DNA from: an uncultured Acidobacteriota bacterium
GTDB lineage: Bacteria; Acidobacteriota; Thermoanaerobaculia; UBA5066
DNA: 64,000 nt
Direction: 5' to 3'
NCBI GenBank assembly: GCA_963779415.1
Contig: CAVZYA010000001.1
Coordinates: 512,001 to 576,000 of the forward strand
Part shown: piece by piece, positions 26,979 to 36,666 of the stretch
Numbering within the stretch: position 1 is the first letter of the stretch
Layout of the letters: every line of letters begins with the position of its first letter
Made by a program: the position numbers and the translations under genes
The notes under the pieces: generated by a model
Told to the model about the DNA's origin: nothing
Seen by the model: the letters and a program-made list of their open reading frames with translations, nothing else
Database searches by the model: none

Positions 26979-29587
26979 CGCGTCTGTCGTCTCCTTTCCA
27001 TGCCGCCATCGTCAAAGCCCGACACCACGCCGTACTTCCCCTCCATGAAGCTGCTCACGAACCGGTCGACGAGACCGTCGTCGCGCAGGAGGATGTCGAG
27101 CTGTCTCGTGAAGCCGATCAGGCGCCCGATCATCCGGAGGCGATCGACCATGGCGTCGCAGGGGATCTTCTTCACCCTCCCGATCACGAGGTCGCCCGCC
27201 CCGCCGACCACGAAGTCGTGGGCCGTGAGAATCTGCCGGAGGAGGACGGCGCGACGGGCCCGACGCGTCATTTCGGTCACGCCGCCGGTGAAGCGGAAGT
27301 AGATGTAGTTGTCGCTGCGCGACTCCGAAAGAAAGGACTCCACGATGTTGAAGTGATACCCGAGCCGGAGGCTCAGGTTCAGGTAATCGGCGGCAACGAT
27401 GGCGACGTTCAGGTCCGGGCGCATCGACGACTGGTCGGTGAGCGCTTGGGAGCGGGTCATGCTCGACATGAAGCCGTCGAGGTCCATGTCGGCCGGCCCG
27501 GTGGCCCAGACGCCTTCGGTGGCCAGTCCCTCCATCACGGCCTGGAGCGGGCGCGAGCGGATCTGTTCGGGGCGGAGTGGCGTCCGGTCATCGCCGGATT
27601 CCACGCCCCCGCCGAGGTCGATGACGACGAGGTCGAGCGGCACCTTCAGGTCCAACCGGCGAACGGACCGGTCGCCCGGCCGGGGCGTCAGCCGGTGCCC
27701 TTCGGCCAGCTCCTCCATCGCCTTCTCGTGGGCGAAGCGGATGATGTCGTGGTACGTCAGGCAATACTTGGGGAAGAAGTTCGACCCCCGGGGATTCTTG
27801 AGGTTCAGCGGGGCGATCTTCCGGAGCATCCGCCGGAGGAGACGGAACTCGGGCGTGTCGGAGAACGTCGCCCGGCGTAGGAGCTGATCCTCCAGAAGCT
27901 CGCGGACGCAGCCCGCGTAGACCACGTTCTCTTCGGCGTCCACGGTCACCTCGCCGGCGTCCCTGAGAAGCTCCGTGGCGTTCCCGGCGTCGACGATGGC
28001 GGGCACGCGGAACTCGCGCGCGATGGCGGCGAGGTGGCCGGTGGAGGTGCCGATGTCGGTAATGACGGCGGCGGCCTGCGCCACGGCCGCCGCCAGCCGA
28101 GGCGAAGAGGTCCTCGCCACCAGAACGACGCCCGGGGTGACGACGTCCAGCTCCTCGGAGCCCGCGAGGATGCGGACGGGGCCGGAGCCGATGCCGCGGC
28201 ATGCCACGACGCCGCGGTTCTTCAAAAGGACGGGATGACGGCTCGTCACCTCGTCCAGATCGAGAGACAAAGGGGGCGGGAGATTCACGAGACGAAGCGG
28301 CCTCGATTGCAGGACGAAGAGACGCCCGTCGGGATCGATCGCCCACTCGATGTCCTGCGCTCCCTTCATGTACCTTTCGATCCGGAGCGCCGTGGCCGAA
28401 AGCTGCTGAAGCTCCGGATCCGACACCGCCGGGACCGATCTCTCGGCCGCCGGAACGAGGACTCTTTCCACGCCGCCGCGGCCGACCGAGTACATTTCCG
28501 TCTTCTCGGCCACTCTCCTCGCGAGCACTTCGTGCGGCGCCTCCCGCGACACTTCGAACCGGTCGACGGCGAGGTTCCCTTCGACGACCGCCCGTCCGAG
28601 GCCGCGGGCGGCGGAAATCTGGAGGACCCTTCTCGACGGGTCGTTCGGATCCAGTGTGTAGACGACGCCCGAAGCGCGCGCCGGGACCATGCTGAGGCAG
28701 GCCACGGCCATCAGCCCCTGTGCCGGATCGAGTCCGCCGCTCTTCCGGTACTGCATCACTCCGGCGGAGAAGAGGCTCGACACCACCTGCCGGTAGGCCG
28801 GGAGGACGTCCGCGGGCGAGACCCCCAGCCGGGTCTCGTACTGCCCGGCGAAGCTGAGCTCGCCGTCCTCGCCGAGCGCGCTGCTCCGGACGGCGAGGGC
28901 CACGAACTTCCCCTTCTGCTTCAGATCGTCGAGAGCTTTCCGGACCGCTCGCGCGAGCTCCTTCGGCAACGCCGCGTCCCGAACCTTCGCTTGGAGGGCG
29001 TTCGCCAGCCCGGCCATTCCAGCCGTCCGGTCCGCCTCGTTCCCGCTCCGCCAACTCTCGATCATGGCTCCGATTCCCGCCTGCTCGAGGAAGAGCTGGC
29101 AGGCGTAAGCCGTGATCACGAAGCCCTCCGGAACGTGGCAGCCTTCCAGCTTCTTCAGGGAGCCGAGGCGGGCGATCTTCTCGCCCACGGTGTCGGCCAG
29201 CTCCTCCCCGACGCTCTCGAGGGGAACGACGATGTCCGCCTCGGGGACGAAAAGGCGCGACTCCAGCGTGGCGCGCACCGAGGCGTCGGCGCGCTTGAGG
29301 GCGTCGACGAGATCCGGGTAGCGGTCGCCCGTGATGGCGTTGAGGTCGAAGACGACCGCGCGGGTCGCCGCCTCGAGCTGCCCGGCGAGGGTGGCGAGCG
29401 TGTTCCGGTCGAAGACGTACTCGCCTCCGAGCATCTCGCCCGCCTTCGCGATCAGTTCCAGGACCTCGTTGTTCTTGTCGACGAGGTCGCGCAGCCCCTC
29501 GATCCTCCGGCGAACGGCGTCGACCGTCTCCTCGGGCCGGGACTCCCGGGTGACCCTCTTCCAGAGGCTTCCCATATCGAGTGCCAC
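26975..29587 (-). CDS. PEP synthase/PPDK-like protein (ATP-grasp plus phospho-His swivel domains, non-canonical C-terminus)
   Basis: GEK, VPEGF, AVRSSALGED...SFAGQY, DIEWA...LQSRP, TGHLAAIARE; no recognisable PEP/pyruvate TIM barrel. Confidence 0.82.
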   Translation of the reverse strand: MALDMGSLWKRVTRESRPEETVDAVRRRIEGLRDLVDKNNEVLELIAKAGEMLGGEYVFDRNTLATLAGQLEAATRAVVFDLNAITGDRYPDLVDALKRADASVRATLESRLFVPEADIVVPLESVGEELADTVGEKIARLGSLKKLEGCHVPEGFVITAYACQLFLEQAGIGAMIESWRSGNEADRTAGMAGLANALQAKVRDAALPKELARAVRKALDDLKQKGKFVALAVRSSALGEDGELSFAGQYETRLGVSPADVLPAYRQVVSSLFSAGVMQYRKSGGLDPAQGLMAVACLSMVPARASGVVYTLDPNDPSRRVLQISAARGLGRAVVEGNLAVDRFEVSREAPHEVLARRVAEKTEMYSVGRGGVERVLVPAAERSVPAVSDPELQQLSATALRIERYMKGAQDIEWAIDPDGRLFVLQSRPLRLVNLPPPLSLDLDEVTSRHPVLLKNRGVVACRGIGSGPVRILAGSEELDVVTPGVVLVARTSSPRLAAAVAQAAAVITDIGTSTGHLAAIAREFRVPAIVDAGNATELLRDAGEVTVDAEENVVYAGCVRELLEDQLLRRATFSDTPEFRLLRRMLRKIAPLNLKNPRGSNFFPKYCLTYHDIIRFAHEKAMEELAEGHRLTPRPGDRSVRRLDLKVPLDLVVIDLGGGVESGDDRTPLRPEQIRSRPLQAVMEGLATEGVWATGPADMDLDGFMSSMTRSQALTDQSSMRPDLNVAIVAADYLNLSLRLGYHFNIVESFLSESRSDNYIYFRFTGGVTEMTRRARRAVLLRQILTAHDFVVGGAGDLVIGRVKKIPCDAMVDRLRMIGRLIGFTRQLDILLRDDGLVDRFVSSFMEGKYGVVSGFDDGGMERRRQTR

Positions 29588-29588
29588 C

Positions 29589-30392
29589 CTAGTGCGGCCG
29601 TCTGGACCCGCGGCCGAAGACGACTCCGGTGAACATGCCCGCGGCGATCGCGACCACGACGGAGACGATTCCGTAGAGGAGGCCGCGCTCGTGCGCCATT
29701 CTCGAGGTGAACGCGGCGAATCCCACCTGCTGCACGATCATGGCCGTCCCGGCCACGGCGGCCCCCTCTCCGTCGCGAAACGAGAAGAGCCGGACCCGGT
29801 ACTCCCCGGGGGGGGTTTTCGCCGGGAGAAAGAGGTCCGCCGCGACCTCGAGGCGGCCTTCGCCCCCCGGTTTCAACGAGACCGTGCCTTCCACGAGGGA
29901 CCAGAGCCCTTCGCCCTTCTTGAGCCGCACCAGCTCGCCGAACAGCGCCGCGCTGCCGGCGGCTGCCTCTCCGGCGGTCGCCCGGGCCTCCAGGGCATCC
30001 ACGCCCACGCCGAGGCGTGCGAGGACCCCGGCGGGCGCGAGATCTCTCAGGGGCCCGGAGGTGCAGAGGAGATAGACGGACGGAACGTGGTCGAAGGCGA
30101 CATCGCCGGTATTCATCCAGAAGAGACCCCAGACTCTCCCCTTTCTCTTGAGATCGAGCCGGCCCTCGCTCCCCTCGCAGACGACGGCGGCCTTCTGGCC
30201 GGCCGGAATCGTCCCGTGGACGTGAAGCAGGGCCCCATTGAAGAAGAGGCCGACCCGGACGACATCGGGCTCCACCGAAAGCGTTCCGTGCCCTTCGGCG
30301 GGGTCGCCCGGCGTCTGGCCGCCGGATCGGGTCGCCAGGACGGCGAGGCCCAGTGCGCCCAGCGCCCGAAGCCCCCAGCGCGAGGCCCTCAT
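29589..30392 (-). CDS. TIGR02186-like membrane-anchored protein
   Basis: Signal peptide, LFFNG, KRKGRVWGLFWMN, PPGEY, C-terminal TM LLYG...AGMFTG; adjacent to the TauE gene. Confidence 0.75.
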   Translation of the reverse strand: MRASRWGLRALGALGLAVLATRSGGQTPGDPAEGHGTLSVEPDVVRVGLFFNGALLHVHGTIPAGQKAAVVCEGSEGRLDLKRKGRVWGLFWMNTGDVAFDHVPSVYLLCTSGPLRDLAPAGVLARLGVGVDALEARATAGEAAAGSAALFGELVRLKKGEGLWSLVEGTVSLKPGGEGRLEVAADLFLPAKTPPGEYRVRLFSFRDGEGAAVAGTAMIVQQVGFAAFTSRMAHERGLLYGIVSVVVAIAAGMFTGVVFGRGSRRPH

Positions 30393-30395
30393 CGC

Positions 30396-31325
30396 TCAGT
30401 GCCCTCCCCCGTACGTCAGCATGACGTCCGGCTTCAGAAGAAGGCCGAGAAGCATCTTCACCATCACGGCCAGAACGATGACGGACATGAGGATCTTGAG
30501 CTGATCGGCCTGCAGCCGCTTGCTGAAGCGGGCGCCGACCTGGGCCCCGATGACCGAGCCGATCAGCAGTATCAGCGCCAGCACGACGTCCACGTTGTGG
30601 TTCACCGCGGCCTGGAGAATCGTCACGTTGATGCAGGTGGCGAGGATCTGGAAAAGGCTCGTCCCCACGACCACGTGCATCGGCATCCGGAGGAGGTAGA
30701 CCATCACCGGGACCATGATGAAGCCCCCTCCGACCCCCATCACGGCGGCGAGCGCGCCGACCACCACCCCGAAGAAGAGCGGGACGAGCGCCGAGAAAGT
30801 GACGTTCGAGCGCGCGAAGTGCATCTTCATGGGAAGGGCCTCGACGAGGCGAGCGAGCGGCGACCGACGCCGTTCCGCGCCCTGCGGAGTCGGACGGCGC
30901 CCCCCGCGAAGCCCCTGAAGGCTCTCGAAGAACATGTAGCTGCCGACGCCGCCGAGCATCAGGACGTACGTCGCCGTGATCACGAAACCCGCCTCGCCGG
31001 CGCTCCGGAGAAGCTTGATCAAAACGACGCCGAGCGACCCGCCGACGATGCCGCCGACGAGGAGCAGTCCCCCCATCCTGAAGTCGACCGACCCGGCCCG
31101 AGCGTGCGCATACGTCCCCGAGGCCGAGGCCGCCACGATCTGGTTGGAGTCCGAGGCGGCCGCGATCGTGGCGGGAACGCCGATCATCATCAGGAGGGGG
31201 GTCATCAGGAACCCGCCGCCCACCCCGAAGAGGCCCGAGAGGAAGCCGACGAGCCCTCCCAGCCCGAGGAGAAGGAAGACGTTCACCGCGTTGCCGGCGA
31301 TCGGCAGATAGACGGAGAAGCTCAT
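30396..31325 (-). CDS. Sulfite exporter TauE/SafE family membrane protein
   Basis: Two repeats GLFGVGGGFLMTP and MGVGGGFIMVP; VGTSLFQ. Confidence 0.9.
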   Translation of the reverse strand: MSFSVYLPIAGNAVNVFLLLGLGGLVGFLSGLFGVGGGFLMTPLLMMIGVPATIAAASDSNQIVAASASGTYAHARAGSVDFRMGGLLLVGGIVGGSLGVVLIKLLRSAGEAGFVITATYVLMLGGVGSYMFFESLQGLRGGRRPTPQGAERRRSPLARLVEALPMKMHFARSNVTFSALVPLFFGVVVGALAAVMGVGGGFIMVPVMVYLLRMPMHVVVGTSLFQILATCINVTILQAAVNHNVDVVLALILLIGSVIGAQVGARFSKRLQADQLKILMSVIVLAVMVKMLLGLLLKPDVMLTYGGGH

Positions 31326-31332
31326 CGGCGCA

Positions 31333-32853
31333 TCAAGCCTCCGTTCTTTGAATCCGGGCGACGGGGATGAGGACGGTGAAAGTCGTCCCTTCTCCCACCG
31401 CGCTCTCGACCGAGATCTTCCCGCCGTGCTTCTCGACGATCGACTGCACCACGGTGAGGCCGAGCCCGGTCCCCTTGCCGGCTTCCTTCGTGGTGAAGAA
31501 GGGCTCGAAGATCTTTCCGAGATTCTCGGCGCTGATCCCCACTCCCGTGTCGCTCACGTCGACGCGGACCATCGACTCGCCTTCCGGGCGCGCCCGGATG
31601 CCGAGCACGCCCCCCTTCGGCATGGCGTGAATTCCGTTGAGGCAGAGGTTGAGGAAGACCTGCTGGAGGTTGCGCGGGTTGCCGAGGACGGGAGGGAGGT
31701 TCCCGTCGGTCTCCAGCCGGGGCTCCACCCGGGCCAGGCTCAGCTCGTTGCCGATCAGCTTGAGGGTCGATTCGAGGATCCCCGCGATGGCCACCTGCGT
31801 GAAGGCGGGCTGGTCCTTGCGGGTGAAGTCGAGAAGCTGGCGGACGGTCGCGCTCGCCCGCTCCACCTGCGTGGAGATCTGGTCGAGCATCCGGAGCTTT
31901 TCGTCCTCCGAAAAGCTCGCGAAGTCGTCGAGAAGGGTCTCGGTCGTCAGGCTGATGTTGTTGAGCGGGTTGTTCAGCTCGTGGGCGATGCCCGACGTGA
32001 GCGACCCCACGGCGGCCATCCGCTCCGAATGGACGAGACGCTCCTGATGGGCCTTGAGCTCGTGAAGCGTGCGGTTCATCGCCATGGCGAGGTTCGAGAA
32101 CTCGTCGCGATACTTGCGAACCGGCGTGATCGGGGAATAGTCCCCCGTTCCGATCCGCTCCATGTACCTCATGAAGCGCCCGAGCGGCTGAAGGACCGTC
32201 CGGGCGAGAAAAGCGGCCACGAGGACCATCGTGAGAACCATGAAGACGAGAAAGCCGACGGCGGAGACCAGGGCGGTGTTCAGCGCGGCGTGCACCGCCA
32301 GGCGCTCCTGGTCGAGCGTCTCCTCGGCATCCAGCACGATCTGGGCGCCGTGCTGCCGGAGAAGGGTTTGGATACTCAGGCGTTCCTCCGCCGGCCGGTC
32401 TGCCGGCGCCTGCGTGAGGTGCAGGAGTCGTTCCAGGCTCGTCTCGTACAGCGTCAGACTCGCGCGCATGGCGGCGAGCTTCTTCGCGCCGAGGACCGAC
32501 TCCAGCTCCTGCCGGTTGCGCTCGAGATAGGCGTCCGCCAGGTGGACGCTGCTCAACGCGTCGTCGAGGTTCGTGCCATAGAGAAAGAAGTTCTTCTCGT
32601 ACCGGCGCGCCTGCTGGATCTCGAACTCGTAGCCGGCCGCCCGCTCGAGAAATCCCTGCTTCACCTTGAGGTTCGAGATGAGCACCACGGCCATCACCGT
32701 GATGGCGGCGAGAAGAAGGAACAGGGCGCCGAAAGCCGCCGCGATGCGCGCCGCCACGCTGAACCGCGGACGTTGAAAAAGCGCACGCTGCGCCTCGACC
32801 TCCGCTCCTTCTCCCGCGACCTTCGGTCGGGGCATGGACTCCGGAGAGGTCAT
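31333..32853 (-). CDS. Membrane-bound sensor histidine kinase (HAMP-HisKA-HATPase)
   Basis: Two TM helices, ARRYEKNF, AHELNNPL, NLCLNG, DTGVGI, FFTTK, GTGLGL. Confidence 0.92.
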   Translation of the reverse strand: MTSPESMPRPKVAGEGAEVEAQRALFQRPRFSVAARIAAAFGALFLLLAAITVMAVVLISNLKVKQGFLERAAGYEFEIQQARRYEKNFFLYGTNLDDALSSVHLADAYLERNRQELESVLGAKKLAAMRASLTLYETSLERLLHLTQAPADRPAEERLSIQTLLRQHGAQIVLDAEETLDQERLAVHAALNTALVSAVGFLVFMVLTMVLVAAFLARTVLQPLGRFMRYMERIGTGDYSPITPVRKYRDEFSNLAMAMNRTLHELKAHQERLVHSERMAAVGSLTSGIAHELNNPLNNISLTTETLLDDFASFSEDEKLRMLDQISTQVERASATVRQLLDFTRKDQPAFTQVAIAGILESTLKLIGNELSLARVEPRLETDGNLPPVLGNPRNLQQVFLNLCLNGIHAMPKGGVLGIRARPEGESMVRVDVSDTGVGISAENLGKIFEPFFTTKEAGKGTGLGLTVVQSIVEKHGGKISVESAVGEGTTFTVLIPVARIQRTEA

Positions 32854-33036
32854 GCGCGGAAGACCTCCGGGAGACGGAAGACGGGCGCGACCCGGGCCCA
32901 GAACACGTTTTCAGATCGTGGCACCGTTTCATGCGGACGTCCACCGTCTCCCGCGTCGGAGGGTTCCAAAAAGCCGGTACGCCACGACTTCGTGGAAGAC
33001 GGGACGACGCCCGCTCCTGATCTATCATCGGGTCCG

Positions 33037-33894
33037 GTGACCACGATGGTGCTGCAGGCCGTCGCGTCGGGAGTGGCGCTCGGTCTGATCTATGCCGGCG
33101 TCGGGGCCGGTCTCTCCCTGATCCTCGCGACCGGTCGGCTGACGAACCTCGCGCACGGAGAGTTCGTCCTCGCCGGCGGCTACATCCTTTACGCCCTCTG
33201 CCATGGTATCGGGTGGCCCTGGCCGGCCGCTCTCGCCGTGGCGGCTCTCGGCGGCGCCCTCCTGGGCGGGGCTCTTCCCCCCTTCGTCCGACGGCTTCCA
33301 AGGCGGGAGGTGGACGGTCTCGCTTTTACCCTCGGCGTGGCTTTCATCCTCCAGAACCTCCTTCTTCTCGGGGCCACCGCGACGTACCGTGTGATTCCCG
33401 GAGGTTACTGGCTCCGGACAGTCCCCTTCGGGCCGGTGATTCTGAGCCGGGTCTCTCTCGCGGCCGCGGGGGCGGCCGCGGCCGCACTCGTCGGACTCGA
33501 CCTCTGGCTCCGCTTCAGCTGGACCGGATCGGGCCTCCGGGCCGTCAGTCAGTCCCGGCCGGCGGCCGCCAGTCTCGGGATCTCCCCCGCCCGGATGGAG
33601 CGGATTGCCTTTCTCGCCGGTGGCGCGACCGCGGCGGCTGCCGGAGGACTTGTTCTTCTGACCCGATTCCTGACGCCGGGAGAAGGTCCCGCCTGGACGC
33701 TCGTGGCTCTTGCGGTCGCTTTCCTCGGCGGCCGGCCGGCCGCAGGGGCGCTCATGGCGGCCGGAGTCGGGCTCGGCGTCGCGGAGTCCCTCGCCACGGT
33801 TCTCGCGGGAGGAGCGTGGCGGGAGGTCGTGGTGAGCGCGTCGGTCCTCCTCTGGCTTCTCGTCCGCGGGAGAACTCTCCTCACCGATGCGTGA
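33037..33894 (+). CDS. Branched-chain amino acid-type ABC permease (LivH-like)
   Basis: GLIYA...GLSLI...NLAHGEF, GLRAVSQ; start GTG 33037 or ATG 33046. Confidence 0.85.
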   Translation: MTTMVLQAVASGVALGLIYAGVGAGLSLILATGRLTNLAHGEFVLAGGYILYALCHGIGWPWPAALAVAALGGALLGGALPPFVRRLPRREVDGLAFTLGVAFILQNLLLLGATATYRVIPGGYWLRTVPFGPVILSRVSLAAAGAAAAALVGLDLWLRFSWTGSGLRAVSQSRPAAASLGISPARMERIAFLAGGATAAAAGGLVLLTRFLTPGEGPAWTLVALAVAFLGGRPAAGALMAAGVGLGVAESLATVLAGGAWREVVVSASVLLWLLVRGRTLLTDA

Positions 33895-35509
33895 GGGGAC
33901 GCGCTTCTTCGTCCTCTGGGCGGTCGTTTTCTCGGCCGCAGGCATCGTCGCCGCGTCGACGGGCCGGTACGGCCTCAACGTCGTCGCCTTCGGATTCCTC
34001 TACGCCGTTCTCGCCACGAGCTGGAGCTGGCTGCGGGCGGCTGGGCTTCTTTCGCTCGGGCAGGCGGCCTTCTTCGGGGCCGGAGCGCTGACGCAGGCCT
34101 GGCTGGTCACTGCGGAACGGATCTCCCCGTGGCTCGCCCTCTGCGCGAGTGCCGCCGCCGGCGCTCTCGCCGCGCTCCCCCTGATCCCGGCTCTTCGCCT
34201 GAGGCCGGCAAGCTTCGGCCTCGCGACACTCTCCTATGCCCTTCTCCTGAGGGGTCTCGCGGGGGGCGTCCTCGCTTTCGGCATGGAGGGATTCCTTCTT
34301 CCGAAGGTGCCGGGCTTCGAGGGGGCGGCGCCCGCGGCCGTGGCGACGCTTGGAGTGCTGGCCCTCGCCTCGAGCCTCGGTTACGAGGCGTTCCTCCGGC
34401 GGCCGGGGGGCCGGGCCGCGGCCGCCATCCGCCAGTCCCCGGCGACGACCTCGAGCCTCGGCATCGACCTCGTCGGAGAGCGCTGGCGTCCGCTGGTCCT
34501 GAGCGCCGCCGCCACCGGACTCTCGGGAGCCCTTTACGCACACTTGACCGGGAGCGTCGAGACGGCCGTCGTCTTCTCACCCACCTTCTCGATTCTGCCG
34601 CTCGTTTTCGGAATGCTCGGGGGCGCCCTCCACCCGCTGGGAGGAATCCTCGGAACGCTCCTCCTCTACCCGTTCGACGAAATGCTCCTCAGGCAAGCCC
34701 TCCCCCAGGCTCATCTGCTGGCCTACGGGCTCATTCTCTGCGGTCTGTTGATGGTGAGGCCCGAGGGGATCCTCCGACAGAGGGTTCCGGCGGTCCCGCC
34801 GCAGACGACACCGAGGCGCCGACGACAGGAGCCCTTCGCTCTGGCCGTCCAGGACGTGACCGTCCGCCGCGGAGGGATCCCCGTCCTCAGGAACGTCAGC
34901 TTCACGGTCGAGCCGGGAGAGATCCTCCGGGTGGTCGGGTCCAACGGGGCCGGCAAGACCTCGCTGCTGCTGGCCATCGCTGGAGGAATTCCGATCGCAA
35001 GAGGAGCCATCCTCTTCGGCGGAGCGCCGTCTCCCCGGGGTGCCGCCGCACGGGCGCGGCGCGGCGTGGGCCGGTCGTTCCAGGCTCCCCGCCCCTTTCC
35101 GGAGTGGACGGTTCGAGAGAACGTGGCGCTCGCCGCCGAGCGAGGCGGAACCCGGGTCGACGTGGACCGCCTCCTCTCGGAGCTTCGGCTCGCCGCCCTG
35201 GAGGACCGCCCCGCCGGCCAGTTGAGCCTCGGAGAGGGAAAGCGACTGGAATTCGCGAGGGTTCTCGCGGCGGATCCGGCGCTCCTCCTCCTCGACGAGC
35301 CCCTGGCGGGCCTCAGTCCCGAGGCGGCCGAGCACGTCTCGGGCCTCATCGATCGGGCGCGGCGGCAGGGCGCCGCCGTCGTCTGGGTCGAGCACGGTCC
35401 GGCCGCGGGGAAGCTCGCGGACCGCCTTATCGTCCTCGAGAGGGGGCAGATCCGATTCCGCGGATCGGTCGCGGAATGGGAAGCCGCACGTCTGGAGCCT
35501 TCGTCGTGA
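33887..35509 (+). CDS. ABC permease-ATPase fusion (LivM-LivG-like)
   Basis: GLLSLGQAAFFG, RPEGI; Walker A GSNGAGKT, LSLGE, LLLDEP, VEH. Confidence 0.85.
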   Translation: MREGTRFFVLWAVVFSAAGIVAASTGRYGLNVVAFGFLYAVLATSWSWLRAAGLLSLGQAAFFGAGALTQAWLVTAERISPWLALCASAAAGALAALPLIPALRLRPASFGLATLSYALLLRGLAGGVLAFGMEGFLLPKVPGFEGAAPAAVATLGVLALASSLGYEAFLRRPGGRAAAAIRQSPATTSSLGIDLVGERWRPLVLSAAATGLSGALYAHLTGSVETAVVFSPTFSILPLVFGMLGGALHPLGGILGTLLLYPFDEMLLRQALPQAHLLAYGLILCGLLMVRPEGILRQRVPAVPPQTTPRRRRQEPFALAVQDVTVRRGGIPVLRNVSFTVEPGEILRVVGSNGAGKTSLLLAIAGGIPIARGAILFGGAPSPRGAAARARRGVGRSFQAPRPFPEWTVRENVALAAERGGTRVDVDRLLSELRLAALEDRPAGQLSLGEGKRLEFARVLAADPALLLLDEPLAGLSPEAAEHVSGLIDRARRQGAAVVWVEHGPAAGKLADRLIVLERGQIRFRGSVAEWEAARLEPSS

Positions 35510-36210
35510 ACGCCCGCCTCGAGACGCGCGAGCTCACCGGCGGCTACCCCGGGGTGAGCGTTTTCTCGGATGTCGGGCTCTCCGTCGAACCCGGCGAGGT
35601 CCTGACGATCCTGGGGGCCAACGGATCCGGGAAGTCCGCGCTTCTCGAGACGCTCCAGGGCCTCCTTCACCCCCGCCACGGGGCCATTCTTCTGGACGGC
35701 GAGCCGGTGCAGGATCTTCCGCCCGAGGTCCGCGCCGCACGCGGAATGAGCCTCGTCTCGGATCGTCGCCGTCTCTGGAAGGAGATGACCGTCCGGGAGC
35801 ATCTGCGGGTCGGCGCATACCGCCGGGCCGCGCGGGGCGGCTGGCGACGCCGTGAAGCATTCTTCCGGAATCTCTTCCCGGCTCTTTCCGGGAAACGCGG
35901 GGCGCGACCGGGGCAGCTGAGCAGCGGTCTCCAGCAGCAGCTCGCGCTGGCCCGATTCGGAATGTCGTCCCCGCGCGTCTGGCTCCTCGACGATCCTCTC
36001 CGGGGCCTCGACGAGTCGGCGTCGAGGCGCGCGCTCGAATGGATACGGGATTCGGCCGGCGGCGGCGCCGCCGTCGTCCTGACGGGCCAGAACGTTCCGG
36101 CGCTCCTCGGCGTCGCCACGAAGGCGATGCTGCTCGAAGAGAGCCGCCTCTCCCCGATCCCCTCCGGTGCCGACGGCCTGCGGGACCCGCGGGTGCGCCG
36201 GCTGCTCTGA
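35506..36210 (+). CDS. ABC ATP-binding protein (LivF-like), degenerate Walker B
   Basis: GANGSGKS, LSSGLQQQL, WLLDDPLRGL; GTG overlaps the upstream stop. Confidence 0.82.
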   Translation: MNARLETRELTGGYPGVSVFSDVGLSVEPGEVLTILGANGSGKSALLETLQGLLHPRHGAILLDGEPVQDLPPEVRAARGMSLVSDRRRLWKEMTVREHLRVGAYRRAARGGWRRREAFFRNLFPALSGKRGARPGQLSSGLQQQLALARFGMSSPRVWLLDDPLRGLDESASRRALEWIRDSAGGGAAVVLTGQNVPALLGVATKAMLLEESRLSPIPSGADGLRDPRVRRLL

Positions 36211-36247
36211 ATTCCCGGCGGAGAAGAGTCGTATAGTCGTCGCCACC

Positions 36248-36658
36248 ATGAGTGAGCCTCTCCTCAATTCAACGGCGTCCGCGCGCCTCAAGGTGGCGCC
36301 CTCCGACCTCGCCAACACCCTGAATTTCGAGCCCGGGGACTCGTTCCCGCCGGTGTTCGCCACCTCCCGCATGGTGGCTCTGATGGAGGTGGCCGCCGCC
36401 CGGGTTCTCGGCCCCCATCTGGCAGCGGGCGAAGTCTCCGTGGGCGTCTCCATCGATGTCGTCCACACGGCCGCCACTCCCCCGGGCGCCACGGTGACCG
36501 CCACGGCGAAGTTCGTCGGACGGGACGGAAAGCTCTTCCTCTTCGAACTCTCGGCGGCGGACGACGCGGGTGAAATCGGAAAAGGGACTCACAAACGGGC
36601 GATCGTCGCGTCGGAGAGGATCGTCGCCGGCGCGGCCAAGCGCCGAGCGCAGAGCTGA
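36248..36658 (+). CDS. Hotdog-fold thioesterase (fluoroacetyl-CoA thioesterase FlK-like)
   Basis: VFATSRMVALME, SVG...HTAATP, GTHKRAIV. Confidence 0.85.
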   Translation: MSEPLLNSTASARLKVAPSDLANTLNFEPGDSFPPVFATSRMVALMEVAAARVLGPHLAAGEVSVGVSIDVVHTAATPPGATVTATAKFVGRDGKLFLFELSAADDAGEIGKGTHKRAIVASERIVAGAAKRRAQS

Positions 36659-36666
36659 ACCGCCGG

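Noticed and set aside
26975-29587. ppsA (true PEP synthase)
   Set aside because: C-terminal PEP/pyruvate-binding barrel motifs not recognisable
32919-32934. Sigma54 promoter TGGCAC...ATGC
   Set aside because: GG-to-GC spacing is 11 nt instead of the strict 10
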